Positions 1 through 9,195 are shown, counted from the stretch's first letter. The stretch is 64,000 bases of DNA from an uncultured Bacilli bacterium (GCA_944329355.1 CALVID010000004.1:365-64364), one strand, 5' to 3'. Numbers and translations are program-made. Notes: a model not told the origin generated them from the letters alone.

Positions 1-561
1 TATCCCATAATATTCAGAAACAAATTTAAACCCACCTTGCCAAGCGTTCATTCCGCCTTCTTTATCTGCCCCTATCGCCACAGAAACCTCATCTGGATAA
101 ATAGATCTATCATTATAATATGAAGCAAGCATTGCCATACATGTAGTAGAACAACCATAGGCACGAATATTAGTCCAATGCCAATGATCAACATCCCACA
201 TATCAATATCTCCCCATCTTTCATCTTGCTGTCTATAATGTGGTATAGCTAAACCACCTTCTAATGGTTCATACGCATATTCAACCTGAGATGGATCTTC
301 ATTACAATAATTTGTACTATCTGTTCCAACACCAAATACCACTGCTGGATATGATATTATTTGCATAAATATAATAACTATTAAAGCTACGGTCAAACCA
401 CCTATTAATATAGGTACAACAATAGGAAGTGATAAATGGATTATAATAGTTCTAGCCACTCCAGCTATAACTGATGATAATGTTTTTTCTGTTTGATCTA
501 AACTATTATCTTTATGTATTCTTACCTTTTTAGTTTTAGTAAACAAATTTTTAAATCTCAC
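1..561 (-). CDS. Membrane-anchored papain-like cysteine peptidase (C39/NlpC-P60-like), candidate T4SS cell-wall hydrolase. C-terminus cut by the window edge.
   Basis: Own translation (not in the ORF track). The frame is open from 561 to 1, with a GTG start at 561 preceded by GGAGGTGA. It has an N-terminal TM 'LPIVVPILIGGLTVALIVIIF', then 'HYRQQDERWGD...AYGCSTTCMAMLASYY', a Cys-nucleophile-like motif. It sits directly downstream of VirB4, the PrgK/CwlT position. Confidence 0.5.
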   Translation of the reverse strand, partial: MRFKNLFTKTKKVRIHKDNSLDQTEKTLSSVIAGVARTIIIHLSLPIVVPILIGGLTVALIVIIFMQIISYPAVVFGVGTDSTNYCNEDPSQVEYAYEPLEGGLAIPHYRQQDERWGDIDMWDVDHWHWTNIRAYGCSTTCMAMLASYYNDRSIYPDEVSVAIGADKEGGMNAWQGGFKFVSEYYGI

Positions 562-584
562 ATTATCACCTCCACATCAAGAAA

Positions 585-2369
585 TTATAGACCACCACCT
601 GATCCAAATGAATCTAATTCTTGATCTGTTACAACTACGTTGATTCTCATTCGTTTACTACCACAAACGAATAATGCCTCTCCTTGATTATATCCTTTTA
701 TACTTTCTTTTTCATTATCATTTAAATCTATTAATTTAGATAAATCCTCAACAGCTTGCTTTCTAAGTCCCATAACTAAATAATACGAAGCATTATCAAA
801 AATAGCCTTACCTTGAGTAATAACACTAGGATCACTAAAATCTGTTGGTTGTTGAGTAATGATAATAGTTCCCGTATTATATTTACGAGCACGTCTTTGT
901 ACTTGTGCTAAGAAATCCGCACCTAAAGTATTATTACCAGATAACAAAACGTGAGCCTCATCAACTGTTAATATTGTATTAATATTAGGATCCAAAGTCA
1001 AACTCCATGCATATTTAAGAACGTTAAAGAATAATGCATTTCTAATATTTGTATCAGTATTCATAAGTTCCCTTATATTAAATACTATAAAATTACTTTT
1101 TGGCGATATCGTTGTATTACCATCAAAATAAAATCTAAGTTCACCAATCAAAGGTCTCAATTTTAATTCTAGCTGTTCCAAAATATCTCTTTCTTTACTT
1201 TGTTCAGGCATAGCAGTAATTTTACCACGAACAGTCGCATAAACATCTCTAAATGTTGGATAATCTGTAGAATTAAATTTGGTAAAATCAGTATCAAAAT
1301 CAATACCAAAACGTTTATAAGTTTCTTGAACCATTTCACTAAATACATTAATAACATCTTCAGTAATTGATGGATCATAATACTTCATAAAAGCTTTCAC
1401 TGTTTGTAAAGATCTAGTTAAAACAGCATAACCCATTCCTTGTCTCATTTCATCTTCATCAGCATCCATAATGATTTCTAATGGATTAATCATACCAAAT
1501 TCTCCACCTTTACCCAAATCAATGAAGTCTCCACCATAAAGCCTAGCCATATCTTCAAGTTCACCTTCAGGGTCAATCAAAACCAATTTATAATTATTTC
1601 TAATATGACTCCTTAAAAGTAATTTAGCCGCTGTAGACTTACCACTACCAGAAGTACCTAAAATAATCATATTAGCATTATTTCTATTATGCTCTTTTTG
1701 AATTTGATATAAAAATTGATTAAATAAAACTACACCACCCGAAAAATCTACTCCAAGTAAAGTTGCTAAACCAGGGTCTTTTATACTATCAAATACATAT
1801 GGATACATTGCTGCAAGTGTTGGTGAAGGTATTGGAGTACCAATTCTTTCCTCAATATCTTGTTTTGGAAAAATAGGAAGCATACTCTTTAAAACTTTTT
1901 CTTGCTCAAATCTTAAAGGAATAGCTCTCATATCCATAGCTTCCAAAAAGCTCTTTAATTGTAATTTTTTTGTTGTTAATTCATCCTCAGAATCGGCAGT
2001 AACCATAATATGCAATTGAAAATCATAAATTTTAGCCTGACTTGCGGCCAATTGTTTAATAAACTCTTCTAATGATTCATAATCCTGACGCAATTTTTCT
2101 TGCATAGTTACATCATTTTCTTCTTGATATTTAACTTTCAAATCAGCAATTTCTTTATTGATCATTTTGTTAATAACACCAAATGGTAACGGTATATGTT
2201 TCATAACTAACTTCACACCAGGCATACTTGTTAAATTAGATAAAAAGCCTGGAGTAATAATTTTAGGATAACTAATCGCCGTTAAAATTGAAGAATATTT
2301 ATCACTAGAAATAAAACTATTAGGTTTAAATTGTAAGCCCTTAGGAGCTATTTGTGTTCTTATATCCAT
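585..2369 (-). CDS. VirB4/TrsE/PrgJ-family conjugative T4SS ATPase (central and C-terminal ATPase part)
   Basis: Walker A 'GTSGSGKST', Walker B 'LTVDEAHVLL', and 'RRARKYNTGTIIITQQPTDF', typical of VirB4 ATPases. Preceded by a PrgI/VirB3-like gene. Confidence 0.8.
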   Translation of the reverse strand: MDIRTQIAPKGLQFKPNSFISSDKYSSILTAISYPKIITPGFLSNLTSMPGVKLVMKHIPLPFGVINKMINKEIADLKVKYQEENDVTMQEKLRQDYESLEEFIKQLAASQAKIYDFQLHIMVTADSEDELTTKKLQLKSFLEAMDMRAIPLRFEQEKVLKSMLPIFPKQDIEERIGTPIPSPTLAAMYPYVFDSIKDPGLATLLGVDFSGGVVLFNQFLYQIQKEHNRNNANMIILGTSGSGKSTAAKLLLRSHIRNNYKLVLIDPEGELEDMARLYGGDFIDLGKGGEFGMINPLEIIMDADEDEMRQGMGYAVLTRSLQTVKAFMKYYDPSITEDVINVFSEMVQETYKRFGIDFDTDFTKFNSTDYPTFRDVYATVRGKITAMPEQSKERDILEQLELKLRPLIGELRFYFDGNTTISPKSNFIVFNIRELMNTDTNIRNALFFNVLKYAWSLTLDPNINTILTVDEAHVLLSGNNTLGADFLAQVQRRARKYNTGTIIITQQPTDFSDPSVITQGKAIFDNASYYLVMGLRKQAVEDLSKLIDLNDNEKESIKGYNQGEALFVCGSKRMRINVVVTDQELDSFGSGGGL

Positions 2370-2914
2370 TAACTCATCACCGTCCCAAATGAAGTAGTCA
2401 TACCACCATTTAAGAAATTATCTAAAATAACTCTTAAATCATCATTAGAAGTTTGTGTTGCATTCAAACCCGCATTAGCAAAAGCTTGAATCAAATTTTT
2501 GATCTTCTTTTGAATTTTATCCATATCCTTTTCTTTGAAAAGTAAATAAAATTCCGTATCAACAACATTGTTTACTGTAAACATATTAGCTTTATTAATA
2601 TCGTCCATAATCAATTTTCTTCTTATAGGACTAGATTGCTGATTATAAAGTAACTGTAACCTTGATAAATAAGCTGTAATATCAACTGGTCTATCTGCCA
2701 CAATGATCCAAAATTCATAATCAATCAAATTATAAACATTTCTCAAATTACTTATAATCATATTTTGCATATCAGGTTCTAAGATAAAAATATTTCTAGG
2801 AGAAATCTTCACTCCTGTTACTTTTTGATTATCCTCACAAATAATAACCCCATTTGTAATTGATCTAATAGGTACAAAATCATTTGTATATTTACTTCGA
2901 TTCGTTGTACTCAT
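2369..2914 (-). CDS. VirB4 N-terminal-domain-like protein (separate ORF coupled to the ATPase ORF)
   Basis: Its stop overlaps the ATG of the next ORF (TAATG at 2367-2371). 'FVPIRSITNGVIICEDNQKVTGVKISPRNIFIL' resembles the N-terminus of Gram-positive VirB4 proteins. 181+594 aa adds up to a normal VirB4 length. Confidence 0.5.
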   Translation of the reverse strand: MSTTNRSKYTNDFVPIRSITNGVIICEDNQKVTGVKISPRNIFILEPDMQNMIISNLRNVYNLIDYEFWIIVADRPVDITAYLSRLQLLYNQQSSPIRRKLIMDDINKANMFTVNNVVDTEFYLLFKEKDMDKIQKKIKNLIQAFANAGLNATQTSNDDLRVILDNFLNGGMTTSFGTVMS

Positions 2915-3206
2915 CTTTTACACACCAACCTTTCCATATAAACTTTTGTCTAGTTGTATAAAATCGATAAACCTCTTGAATAACAACTCTAATGTTATGA
3001 TAATTTGGTACTGGTAATACCAAAAATCCACAAATCACAGCCGGCAATAAATCAATTACTGCAGTAAGTAAAGAACTAGGAGCAATTATCAATAGCAATA
3101 ATATAGTTGCACCAACACCAACAGCAAATAATATCAAATCAAATGTTTCAAACACTCCAAAAATCAACATAGATTTTTTTGAATTCGCTGGAATTAAAAA
3201 TTGCAT
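2892..3206 (-). CDS. PrgI/VirB3-like small membrane protein
   Basis: 104 aa with two hydrophobic helices and a basic C-terminal tail. It lies immediately upstream of, and overlaps, the VirB4 ORFs. Confidence 0.5.
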   Translation of the reverse strand: MQFLIPANSKKSMLIFGVFETFDLILFAVGVGATILLLLIIAPSSLLTAVIDLLPAVICGFLVLPVPNYHNIRVVIQEVYRFYTTRQKFIWKGWCVKDEYNESK

Positions 3207-3219
3207 TTAATCACCCTTT

Positions 3220-5283
3220 CTACTTTTTATTTAAAAAATTTTGGCGTAAATCTGAAAGTGTTGCCTTTTCAGCATTAGTAGCATCTTCATATTTATCGCT
3301 TGATTTAATATCAAGTGCTTTATTATGTGCAACATCCTTCACATCTTTCATTGAAGCATATTTATCAACTTTAAGTCCTAATTTGCTTTCTGCTACTTGT
3401 CTTTCTAATTGTTCACGTCTCTTTATCAAATCATAATCTTCTTTTCCTAAAATTTTACCGTTAGAATCAATATAATCTCCAATCAATTTTTCCTCATTTT
3501 TATGATAACTATTCAAATTATTTTTATAAGTGATTTTATCTATAATTCCTTGCTTATAATCATGTTCATTCTTTGCTCTATTAGCTTGTATGATTTTCCA
3601 ATCATCACTTTTTTTAGCAAGTTCACTAGTAGCTCTATCTTTCACTGCAGAAACTGAATTTTCAATTCCTTCATAAATCATTGCCTCTTGATCCATTACC
3701 TCTTTTAATGATTGAGCTCCCATTGCATTTCTAACATAAGATCCAACTCTATATCTAAATTTCGTATTAGCTTTCATTGCCGCATTTCGTGAAACATCAC
3801 CAGCTACATTCAACGAATTAGATACAACATTTTTACCTCCAGAAGAAATTCCTTTAGCTCCACCTTTAACAGCTCCGCTAACAGTACCACCTAAAGTTCT
3901 TGCTAAAGCTCTACCTTTACTTTCTCCAGCATCTAAACTTGTTTTTCCTGCTGCAATTCCAGAAGTTACCGCACCTAAACCAGTTCCAACCGCTAAACCA
4001 GCCATAGATCCAAACCCACTATCTCTAGCAGCTGCAAAAGTTTTAAATGGATTTAAATTCAAATCACCATTACCACTTAACTTAAATATATTGTCAAGTA
4101 TTTTTGGTAATTGTTTTGCAAACATAAATGCCCCTATAATTAAGAATACATAAACCCATATATTATAATCAGGATCAGCCACTTGTGAAGCAATATCTCC
4201 AGCCAACACACGTTCTGCAAATGTTGACACCAATAACATTACTAAAAATATAGTAGCAAGTCTTAAAAACAAAGATACATATGTAGAAAAGCATTCATGC
4301 CCCCATCTACGTAATTTGCTATCCCTCAAACTTTCTTGAGGATCAATATATGATACTATAGCGATTGGTGCAACCATCTGTAAAACACATAATTTGATTG
4401 CACGTGTCGCTACATCTATACAAAAAGATATAAGCAAAAATACGACATAACCCCCTGCTAAAGTAGAAATAAATGGCATATAATTTATAACATACTCATC
4501 ATCAGATCTTGCCGCCAATAATTTGCCCAAATGAGTAAAATTACGATCATCACAAACACCATCACTTGAACATGCCTCACCAGAAATGGCAGAATTAGAA
4601 GATTTATACTTAAAAAAGCTATATAAAGAAACTCCCGCAGCAGTAGCATCATCTGGCAAATTTTCTTGTATTGCATTTAGACAATCTTCAGCCTTAGCTA
4701 CGTCAACTGATCCAAAAACACCACTTGTCCCTTCACAAGCCGCATAGTCTTTACCTGAAGCAGTCACAGTCGGGTTAAGATTATAAAATGCTCCAAATAA
4801 CATAAATTGCAAATCCTTAGCCATTTCATTCACCTTTTCAGCATCAATTCCATCAATCTTGTTATTTTCATCAACAGATGACATATTTGTACCCAAAATT
4901 ATTTGTCCTATAACATTATTACGGACAATAGCATTTTGAAGTGTAGTTGCAACTTCAAAAATTGTTGGAACACTAACTAACAACACTAATGCAACCAAAA
5001 CATTAGTAACCAACTTACCCATACCTTTAGAACTATCCTTAAAATCATCAGGAGACACTAAATATTGTAATAAAGAAAAACTAACTTTAAATAACATAAA
5101 AATTCCAAGTAAAACATAAACATGATTAACTAAAGCGTGTAAAGGATCCGAACTATTATCACCATATAAATTTAACTCAGATAAATATATAAATAATTTA
5201 TAAATTGTTGGAATCAAGCCATAAACGATATCATCAATAAAAAACATTAATGATCTAAAAAGATCCCATAAAACATCCTCCAT
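3220..5283 (-). CDS. VirB6/TrbL/PrgH-like polytopic channel protein
   Basis: 687 aa with multiple TM helices, a Gly/Ala/Ser-rich tract 'GFGSMAGLAVGTGLGAVTSGIAAG', and a long charged C-terminal tail. Its synteny upstream of VirB3/VirB4 matches VirB6-type genes. Confidence 0.55.
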   Translation of the reverse strand: MEDVLWDLFRSLMFFIDDIVYGLIPTIYKLFIYLSELNLYGDNSSDPLHALVNHVYVLLGIFMLFKVSFSLLQYLVSPDDFKDSSKGMGKLVTNVLVALVLLVSVPTIFEVATTLQNAIVRNNVIGQIILGTNMSSVDENNKIDGIDAEKVNEMAKDLQFMLFGAFYNLNPTVTASGKDYAACEGTSGVFGSVDVAKAEDCLNAIQENLPDDATAAGVSLYSFFKYKSSNSAISGEACSSDGVCDDRNFTHLGKLLAARSDDEYVINYMPFISTLAGGYVVFLLISFCIDVATRAIKLCVLQMVAPIAIVSYIDPQESLRDSKLRRWGHECFSTYVSLFLRLATIFLVMLLVSTFAERVLAGDIASQVADPDYNIWVYVFLIIGAFMFAKQLPKILDNIFKLSGNGDLNLNPFKTFAAARDSGFGSMAGLAVGTGLGAVTSGIAAGKTSLDAGESKGRALARTLGGTVSGAVKGGAKGISSGGKNVVSNSLNVAGDVSRNAAMKANTKFRYRVGSYVRNAMGAQSLKEVMDQEAMIYEGIENSVSAVKDRATSELAKKSDDWKIIQANRAKNEHDYKQGIIDKITYKNNLNSYHKNEEKLIGDYIDSNGKILGKEDYDLIKRREQLERQVAESKLGLKVDKYASMKDVKDVAHNKALDIKSSDKYEDATNAEKATLSDLRQNFLNKK

Positions 5284-5296
5284 AATCTCCTCCTCC

Positions 5297-6163
5297 TTAT
5301 TTATCTATATCACAAAAAATATTACCGTCAGTACCAACTGATATCTCACCAGCCGCATTTTCATTAATGACATCAATGACGAATGTTAAAATAGTTGGTA
5401 ATAATAACAATATAATTACTACTATAATTCTCGTAAGTAAATGTTGAAAAGCTGCTTTTAATTTTTCTTCATCTGATCCAACAATTGCTTTTACAAAACT
5501 TATTGCTGTCATAACAACTAATAAAACTATACTAGCAACAGAAATTATCCAAAAAGCTATTACAAGCATATTACTAACATTTCCACTAATTGCTTGACAT
5601 GGATCTCCTATTGAGACATCACCACTAAGACCATTCTCTTCTGCCCATCTTTTTATGGCTGCCGTATCTACACTAGAATCAGTAAAAGCATCTGGATTTG
5701 CCGTTGCTTGCTCAATACATTTTATAAACTCTTCAGAATTTTCTTCATATGCATTATAACAATATTTTTGAGCAGCAGATATATCTTGAGCTTGTTCAGT
5801 ATTATCTGCAGCTTCATCATTCGTTGCACCAGTAGCATCGTCTGCATTAGATGTCGCATCAGAATCAAAATCCTCTGTTGGATCTTCCCAATTTTCTTTA
5901 TCTTCATTAGCTTGTTGTTGACATTTTGCCTTACACTGAGCGCAAGCTTGACCATTTGGAGCCGTTTTACAAGCATCACTATTATTACAATTATTAATAC
6001 ACGAATTACTACTCGAACTACTTGAAGAACTACCAGAACCAGAAGAACTTCCTAAACAATCTGGCCAATCTGGACTAGTTTGATTACAAATAGCATTAAC
6101 TCCACTTATATTAACAAATAATATCCCTACAATTAACAAAATAGATATAAAATATTTTTTCAT
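5297..6163 (-). CDS. Secreted Ser/Cys-rich acidic protein with a C-terminal VirB2/TrbC-like two-TM module
   Basis: Signal peptide 'MKKYFISILLIVGILFVNISGVNA', a poly-Ser/Gly run, then Cys-rich and acidic segments. The C-terminal 'FVKAIVGSDEEKLKAAFQHLLTRIIVVIILLLLP' is paralogous to ORFs 6271-6678 and 6694-7062. Confidence 0.5.
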   Translation of the reverse strand: MKKYFISILLIVGILFVNISGVNAICNQTSPDWPDCLGSSSGSGSSSSSSSSNSCINNCNNSDACKTAPNGQACAQCKAKCQQQANEDKENWEDPTEDFDSDATSNADDATGATNDEAADNTEQAQDISAAQKYCYNAYEENSEEFIKCIEQATANPDAFTDSSVDTAAIKRWAEENGLSGDVSIGDPCQAISGNVSNMLVIAFWIISVASIVLLVVMTAISFVKAIVGSDEEKLKAAFQHLLTRIIVVIILLLLPTILTFVIDVINENAAGEISVGTDGNIFCDIDK

Positions 6164-6193
6164 AAAATCCCTTACCTTAATATATACATAACC

Positions 6194-6235
6194 ATTATAG
6201 CAAAAATAATTTTAAAGATAAATAAAATTATAAAA
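6194..6235 (-). promoter_or_regulatory. Putative extended -10 promoter for the 5297-6163 gene and downstream T4SS genes
   Basis: Minus strand reads TGCTATAAT (extended -10) about 30 nt upstream of the RBS AAGGTAAGGGA and the ATG at 6163. The -35 is weak. Confidence 0.4.
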
Positions 6236-6242
6236 ATAAAAA

Positions 6243-6270
6243 CAAAAAAAGTTATTTTACAATAACCTTT
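6243..6270 (-). terminator. Rho-independent terminator/attenuator after the VirB2-like gene pair
   Basis: Minus strand reads AAAGGTTATT-GTAA-AATAACTTTT followed by a T-run, immediately after the stop at 6271. Confidence 0.55.
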
Positions 6271-6678
6271 TTATTCAGTAGTATCTTCTGTTTCATTATT
6301 TGTATCAACACCATTAATAAATTTCTTGCTACAACTCCAAATATCACTAACAGTTGTACCATCAGGATTAGTTTGATCTTCCACTCCAGATACTAAATTA
6401 ACAGCTAATTGAACAATGAATATAATCAAAAATACAATCAAAGCAGAAATCAAACGCGAAACAAAAGCCTTTTGATATTTCTTTATATCTTCTTCTTTCT
6501 TAGCTACAACAGACTTAGTAAAATCAAGCATACCCCAAATAATTAACAATATTGGGACTACTATTTTTATACCAGTAATAATTGTTGAAACTACATTAAA
6601 TAATGCATTAGGTACTAAAATACCTTCACATAAAGTCGAATCAGAAACATCTAAAATATATAATAAATTCATATTCAA
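6271..6678 (-). CDS. VirB2/TrbC-like pilin-type small membrane protein (paralog 2)
   Basis: 135 aa with two TM helices separated by the charged loop 'KSVVAKKEEDIKKYQKAFVSRLI'. It shares 'IVVPILLIIWGM' with ORF 6694-7062. A Cys is conserved near each end. Confidence 0.5.
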   Translation of the reverse strand: MNMNLLYILDVSDSTLCEGILVPNALFNVVSTIITGIKIVVPILLIIWGMLDFTKSVVAKKEEDIKKYQKAFVSRLISALIVFLIIFIVQLAVNLVSGVEDQTNPDGTTVSDIWSCSKKFINGVDTNNETEDTTE

Positions 6679-6693
6679 TTCCTACTTTCTCAT

Positions 6694-7062
6694 TTATGAT
6701 TCATTTCCAGAAATTAGATCTTGTGCACACTCCCATACAGTTTGTACATCAGTTCCAGAACCATCATCAGTAGTAACACTAGCTGCCAAATTAATTACAA
6801 GTTGAACAATAGTTACTACTAAAAATACAACTACAGCAGCAATTAATCTTTTTAAAAAAGTTCTTTGACCTTGTTTAATTTTATCTTCGTCTTGACCAAT
6901 AATAGCTTTAGCAAAGTCAATCATACCCCAAATAATTAAAAGTATTGGAACAACAATTTGAATTGCCACTATAATTAAATGTATTGTTCTTCCAATTGCT
7001 GTAGGAATACCATTCGATCCTATAAGACCTGCACAAAAATTTAAAGTATTAAATAAATTCAT
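6694..7062 (-). CDS. VirB2/TrbC-like pilin-type small membrane protein (paralog 1)
   Basis: 122 aa with 'IVVPILLIIWGMIDFAKAIIGQDEDKIKQGQRTFLKRLIAAVVVFLVVTIVQLV', a two-TM hairpin topology like TrbC/VirB2. It has a strong private promoter and RBS. Confidence 0.5.
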   Translation of the reverse strand: MNLFNTLNFCAGLIGSNGIPTAIGRTIHLIIVAIQIVVPILLIIWGMIDFAKAIIGQDEDKIKQGQRTFLKRLIAAVVVFLVVTIVQLVINLAASVTTDDGSGTDVQTVWECAQDLISGNES

Positions 7063-7090
7063 AAATTTACCTCCTATAATCTACATAATA

Positions 7091-7119
7091 AATATACCGT
7101 TTATTGTCTTGTTTGTCAA
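7091..7119 (-). promoter_or_regulatory. Near-consensus sigma-A type promoter in front of the VirB2-like genes
   Basis: Minus strand reads TTGACA, a 17-nt spacer, then TATATT. It is followed by the RBS AGGAGG and the ATG at 7062. Confidence 0.55.
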
Positions 7120-7157
7120 CATAATATATACAAAACATTTACAAATAACCACAAACA

Positions 7158-8174
7158 CTACTTAAACAAACCCATAAGTCCTTTTTTGTCGCCACCTTGA
7201 TTTGGATTATCTTGTTTATAAAAACCTAACTTAACTAAAAATTTATTTAAAGCTTCATTCGCATCACTTTGATCATTAATAGGTGGAATCTTATAAAATA
7301 CACTAATTCCAGTTTCATATTCAAAATCAGAAACATCTTGATCACTAAGCATGCATTGATTTAATACCACTTTTTTATTTTTAATTCTTTCAAGCACATG
7401 TGGATCACGTGCTAATAATTTGTTCAACTGAATCTTAGAAGGTTCTAATAGATAAATAGTTTCACTAGCTAAAGACTCCGCAGCAGGGCTCGCATTAGCA
7501 TCTATTAAAATAGCATCACTAGCACTATACTTGGAAATAGTATTACCAAGTTCCATATTACTTACACTATACATCTTATCATCATCAAAATACATAAAAT
7601 CATGTTTATCTACTTCAACAGCTACTACATCATAATTATGAGCTAATTGCTTCTTGGCCACATAAATCAAAGTAGTTGATCCAGCACCTGGAGTAATATC
7701 TTTAAAAGCAATCACCACATTACGCTTAACTTCCTGAAACTCATGTATAGGTGTATCAACACTAGACTGAACATAAGTAGCCCCATGTGTAGTATCAAGT
7801 TGGTGATACTGTGCTACATCACGATAACTATTTGGATGATCATAAAGCCACTTTACACCCTCAACATTCATAGTAAAATTATATATTCGCATTGAAATTA
7901 AATCAGATAAATATTCAGGATCTGAAGTTTCTGGTGAACCATCTAATAGTAATATCAATTTATCCATATCAAGTGATAAAGATAATTGTTGTAAAGTTTT
8001 AATGTTTTTATAATCTTTTAAAGCTGTAACATCTAAAACCATTCTTTGAAAATAAAAATTTTTAAAAGTTTCAATGATTTCATTAACTGTAAACTCACCT
8101 TCTAATTTTTTAATAACCTCAATGTCCAAACCAGCTAACGCATCACGATACTTATTAGCAATTATTACATTCAT
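7158..8174 (-). CDS. TadZ/CpaE-like ParA/MinD-family protein with a degenerate P-loop
   Basis: N-terminal receiver-like region. 'VIAFKDITPGAGSTTLIYVAKKQLAHNYDVVAVEVD' resembles the ParA/MinD deviant Walker A but lacks the Lys. The C-terminal 'KKGLMGLFK' looks like a MinD-type amphipathic membrane anchor. Confidence 0.45.
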   Translation of the reverse strand: MNVIIANKYRDALAGLDIEVIKKLEGEFTVNEIIETFKNFYFQRMVLDVTALKDYKNIKTLQQLSLSLDMDKLILLLDGSPETSDPEYLSDLISMRIYNFTMNVEGVKWLYDHPNSYRDVAQYHQLDTTHGATYVQSSVDTPIHEFQEVKRNVVIAFKDITPGAGSTTLIYVAKKQLAHNYDVVAVEVDKHDFMYFDDDKMYSVSNMELGNTISKYSASDAILIDANASPAAESLASETIYLLEPSKIQLNKLLARDPHVLERIKNKKVVLNQCMLSDQDVSDFEYETGISVFYKIPPINDQSDANEALNKFLVKLGFYKQDNPNQGGDKKGLMGLFK

Positions 8175-8188
8175 TTTATTTCGCCTCC

Positions 8189-8677
8189 TTAACTATCTAT
8201 CTCATTAAAAATCATTGTTTCTCCACTTACAGGTAATCTTAAAAGTCCAGATAAAATAGGAACATCAAAATACATATAAGCAATTACTCTATAATATTTT
8301 CCACATTTAGCTTGATCAGAATTATTAGTACATGTATCAAATTCATATACACAATATTGATAATCGCCTTGTTCATTAATCAAGGTACCTTCAAATCCAC
8401 CATTACCACGTACAGTTGAAGCACACACATCTCTATTACTTCCTGTAGAAACATTCATTCTATAACCAATACTACCGATCCACTCTTCTACCCTATCTTC
8501 AGTAGAATCATTAACACCCATAGTATATCCTTGATCTTTCTCAATCTCCTCTAATATTTTATTTTTAACTTTAAAAGCTTTAGAATAAGAAAGAGAACCA
8601 ATAAAGAAAGCAAGTAATACTATCACAAATATAATAACTAAATTAAATATACCTGCATTTGCAATTGCTTCTTTCAT
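8189..8677 (-). CDS. TadE-like pseudopilin candidate (paralog B)
   Basis: 162 aa with N-terminal 'MKEAIANAGIFNLVIIFVIVLLAFFIG' followed by 'SYSKAFKVKNKILEEIEKDQGY'. It is a paralog of 8674-9171. Confidence 0.4.
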   Translation of the reverse strand: MKEAIANAGIFNLVIIFVIVLLAFFIGSLSYSKAFKVKNKILEEIEKDQGYTMGVNDSTEDRVEEWIGSIGYRMNVSTGSNRDVCASTVRGNGGFEGTLINEQGDYQYCVYEFDTCTNNSDQAKCGKYYRVIAYMYFDVPILSGLLRLPVSGETMIFNEIDS

Positions 8678-9171
8678 ACTCTATCACCTTGTTCCTGACT
8701 ATCACTAAAATTATATATTCTTTCGCCTTTTGTATAAACTGGTAATTTAAAGGCTCCAACAATTGGCAGATCAGCATATATATAACTAGTCAATGAGTAA
8801 TTATAATAAATAGGTTCTCTATCACCATTAAGTCTATCTTTTTCATTATTACCTCTATCATCACTATGATAATACACACAATACAAATACTTCGTATCTT
8901 TAGCTCTGATTAAAGTGCCCCCATCCTTTTCTTCTGGACAAGCATTTTGTCCATCAGGATTATAAGTATAACCTATACTAGCTAAAAAATTTTCAATCTC
9001 TTCTTCAGAAAAACGATTATATCCTTCAAATTTATCCAAAGAATAAAGTATTCTCTCATTAACCTTAAAAGCTTTATAATAACTTATAGTAGCTGAAAGT
9101 AAACCAAAAGCTATAATTACAAAGATAATAATTATATTATATAAAAATACACTTCCAATACCTTCACGCAC
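8674..9171 (-). CDS. TadE-like pseudopilin candidate (paralog A)
   Basis: 165 aa with a GTG start and RBS AAGGTGGTGA. The N-terminal TM 'SVFLYNIIIIFVIIAFGLL' is followed by 'SYYKAFKVNERILYSLDKFEGY'. The 4-nt overlap with the next ORF indicates coupling. Confidence 0.4.
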   Translation of the reverse strand: MREGIGSVFLYNIIIIFVIIAFGLLSATISYYKAFKVNERILYSLDKFEGYNRFSEEEIENFLASIGYTYNPDGQNACPEEKDGGTLIRAKDTKYLYCVYYHSDDRGNNEKDRLNGDREPIYYNYSLTSYIYADLPIVGAFKLPVYTKGERIYNFSDSQEQGDRV

Positions 9172-9195
9172 TTTAAATCACCACCTTAATATCCA

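Noticed and set aside
1169-1378. Short ORFs nested in or antisense to long genes of the island (1169-1378, 3179-3436, 4485-4676, 5708-6025, 5722-5979, 11563-11787, 11960-12319, 12552-12755, 16479-16676)
   Set aside because: Each lies within a much longer ORF that has recognisable motifs or topology. Their translations are low-complexity Ile/Leu/Phe/Ser-rich, typical of alternative frames in AT-rich DNA, and they have no RBS.
585-2914. The VirB4 split as a frameshift pseudogene
   Set aside because: The junction is a clean TAATG stop/start overlap with both ORFs full-length, which favours coupled translation. An assembly indel cannot be excluded without reads.
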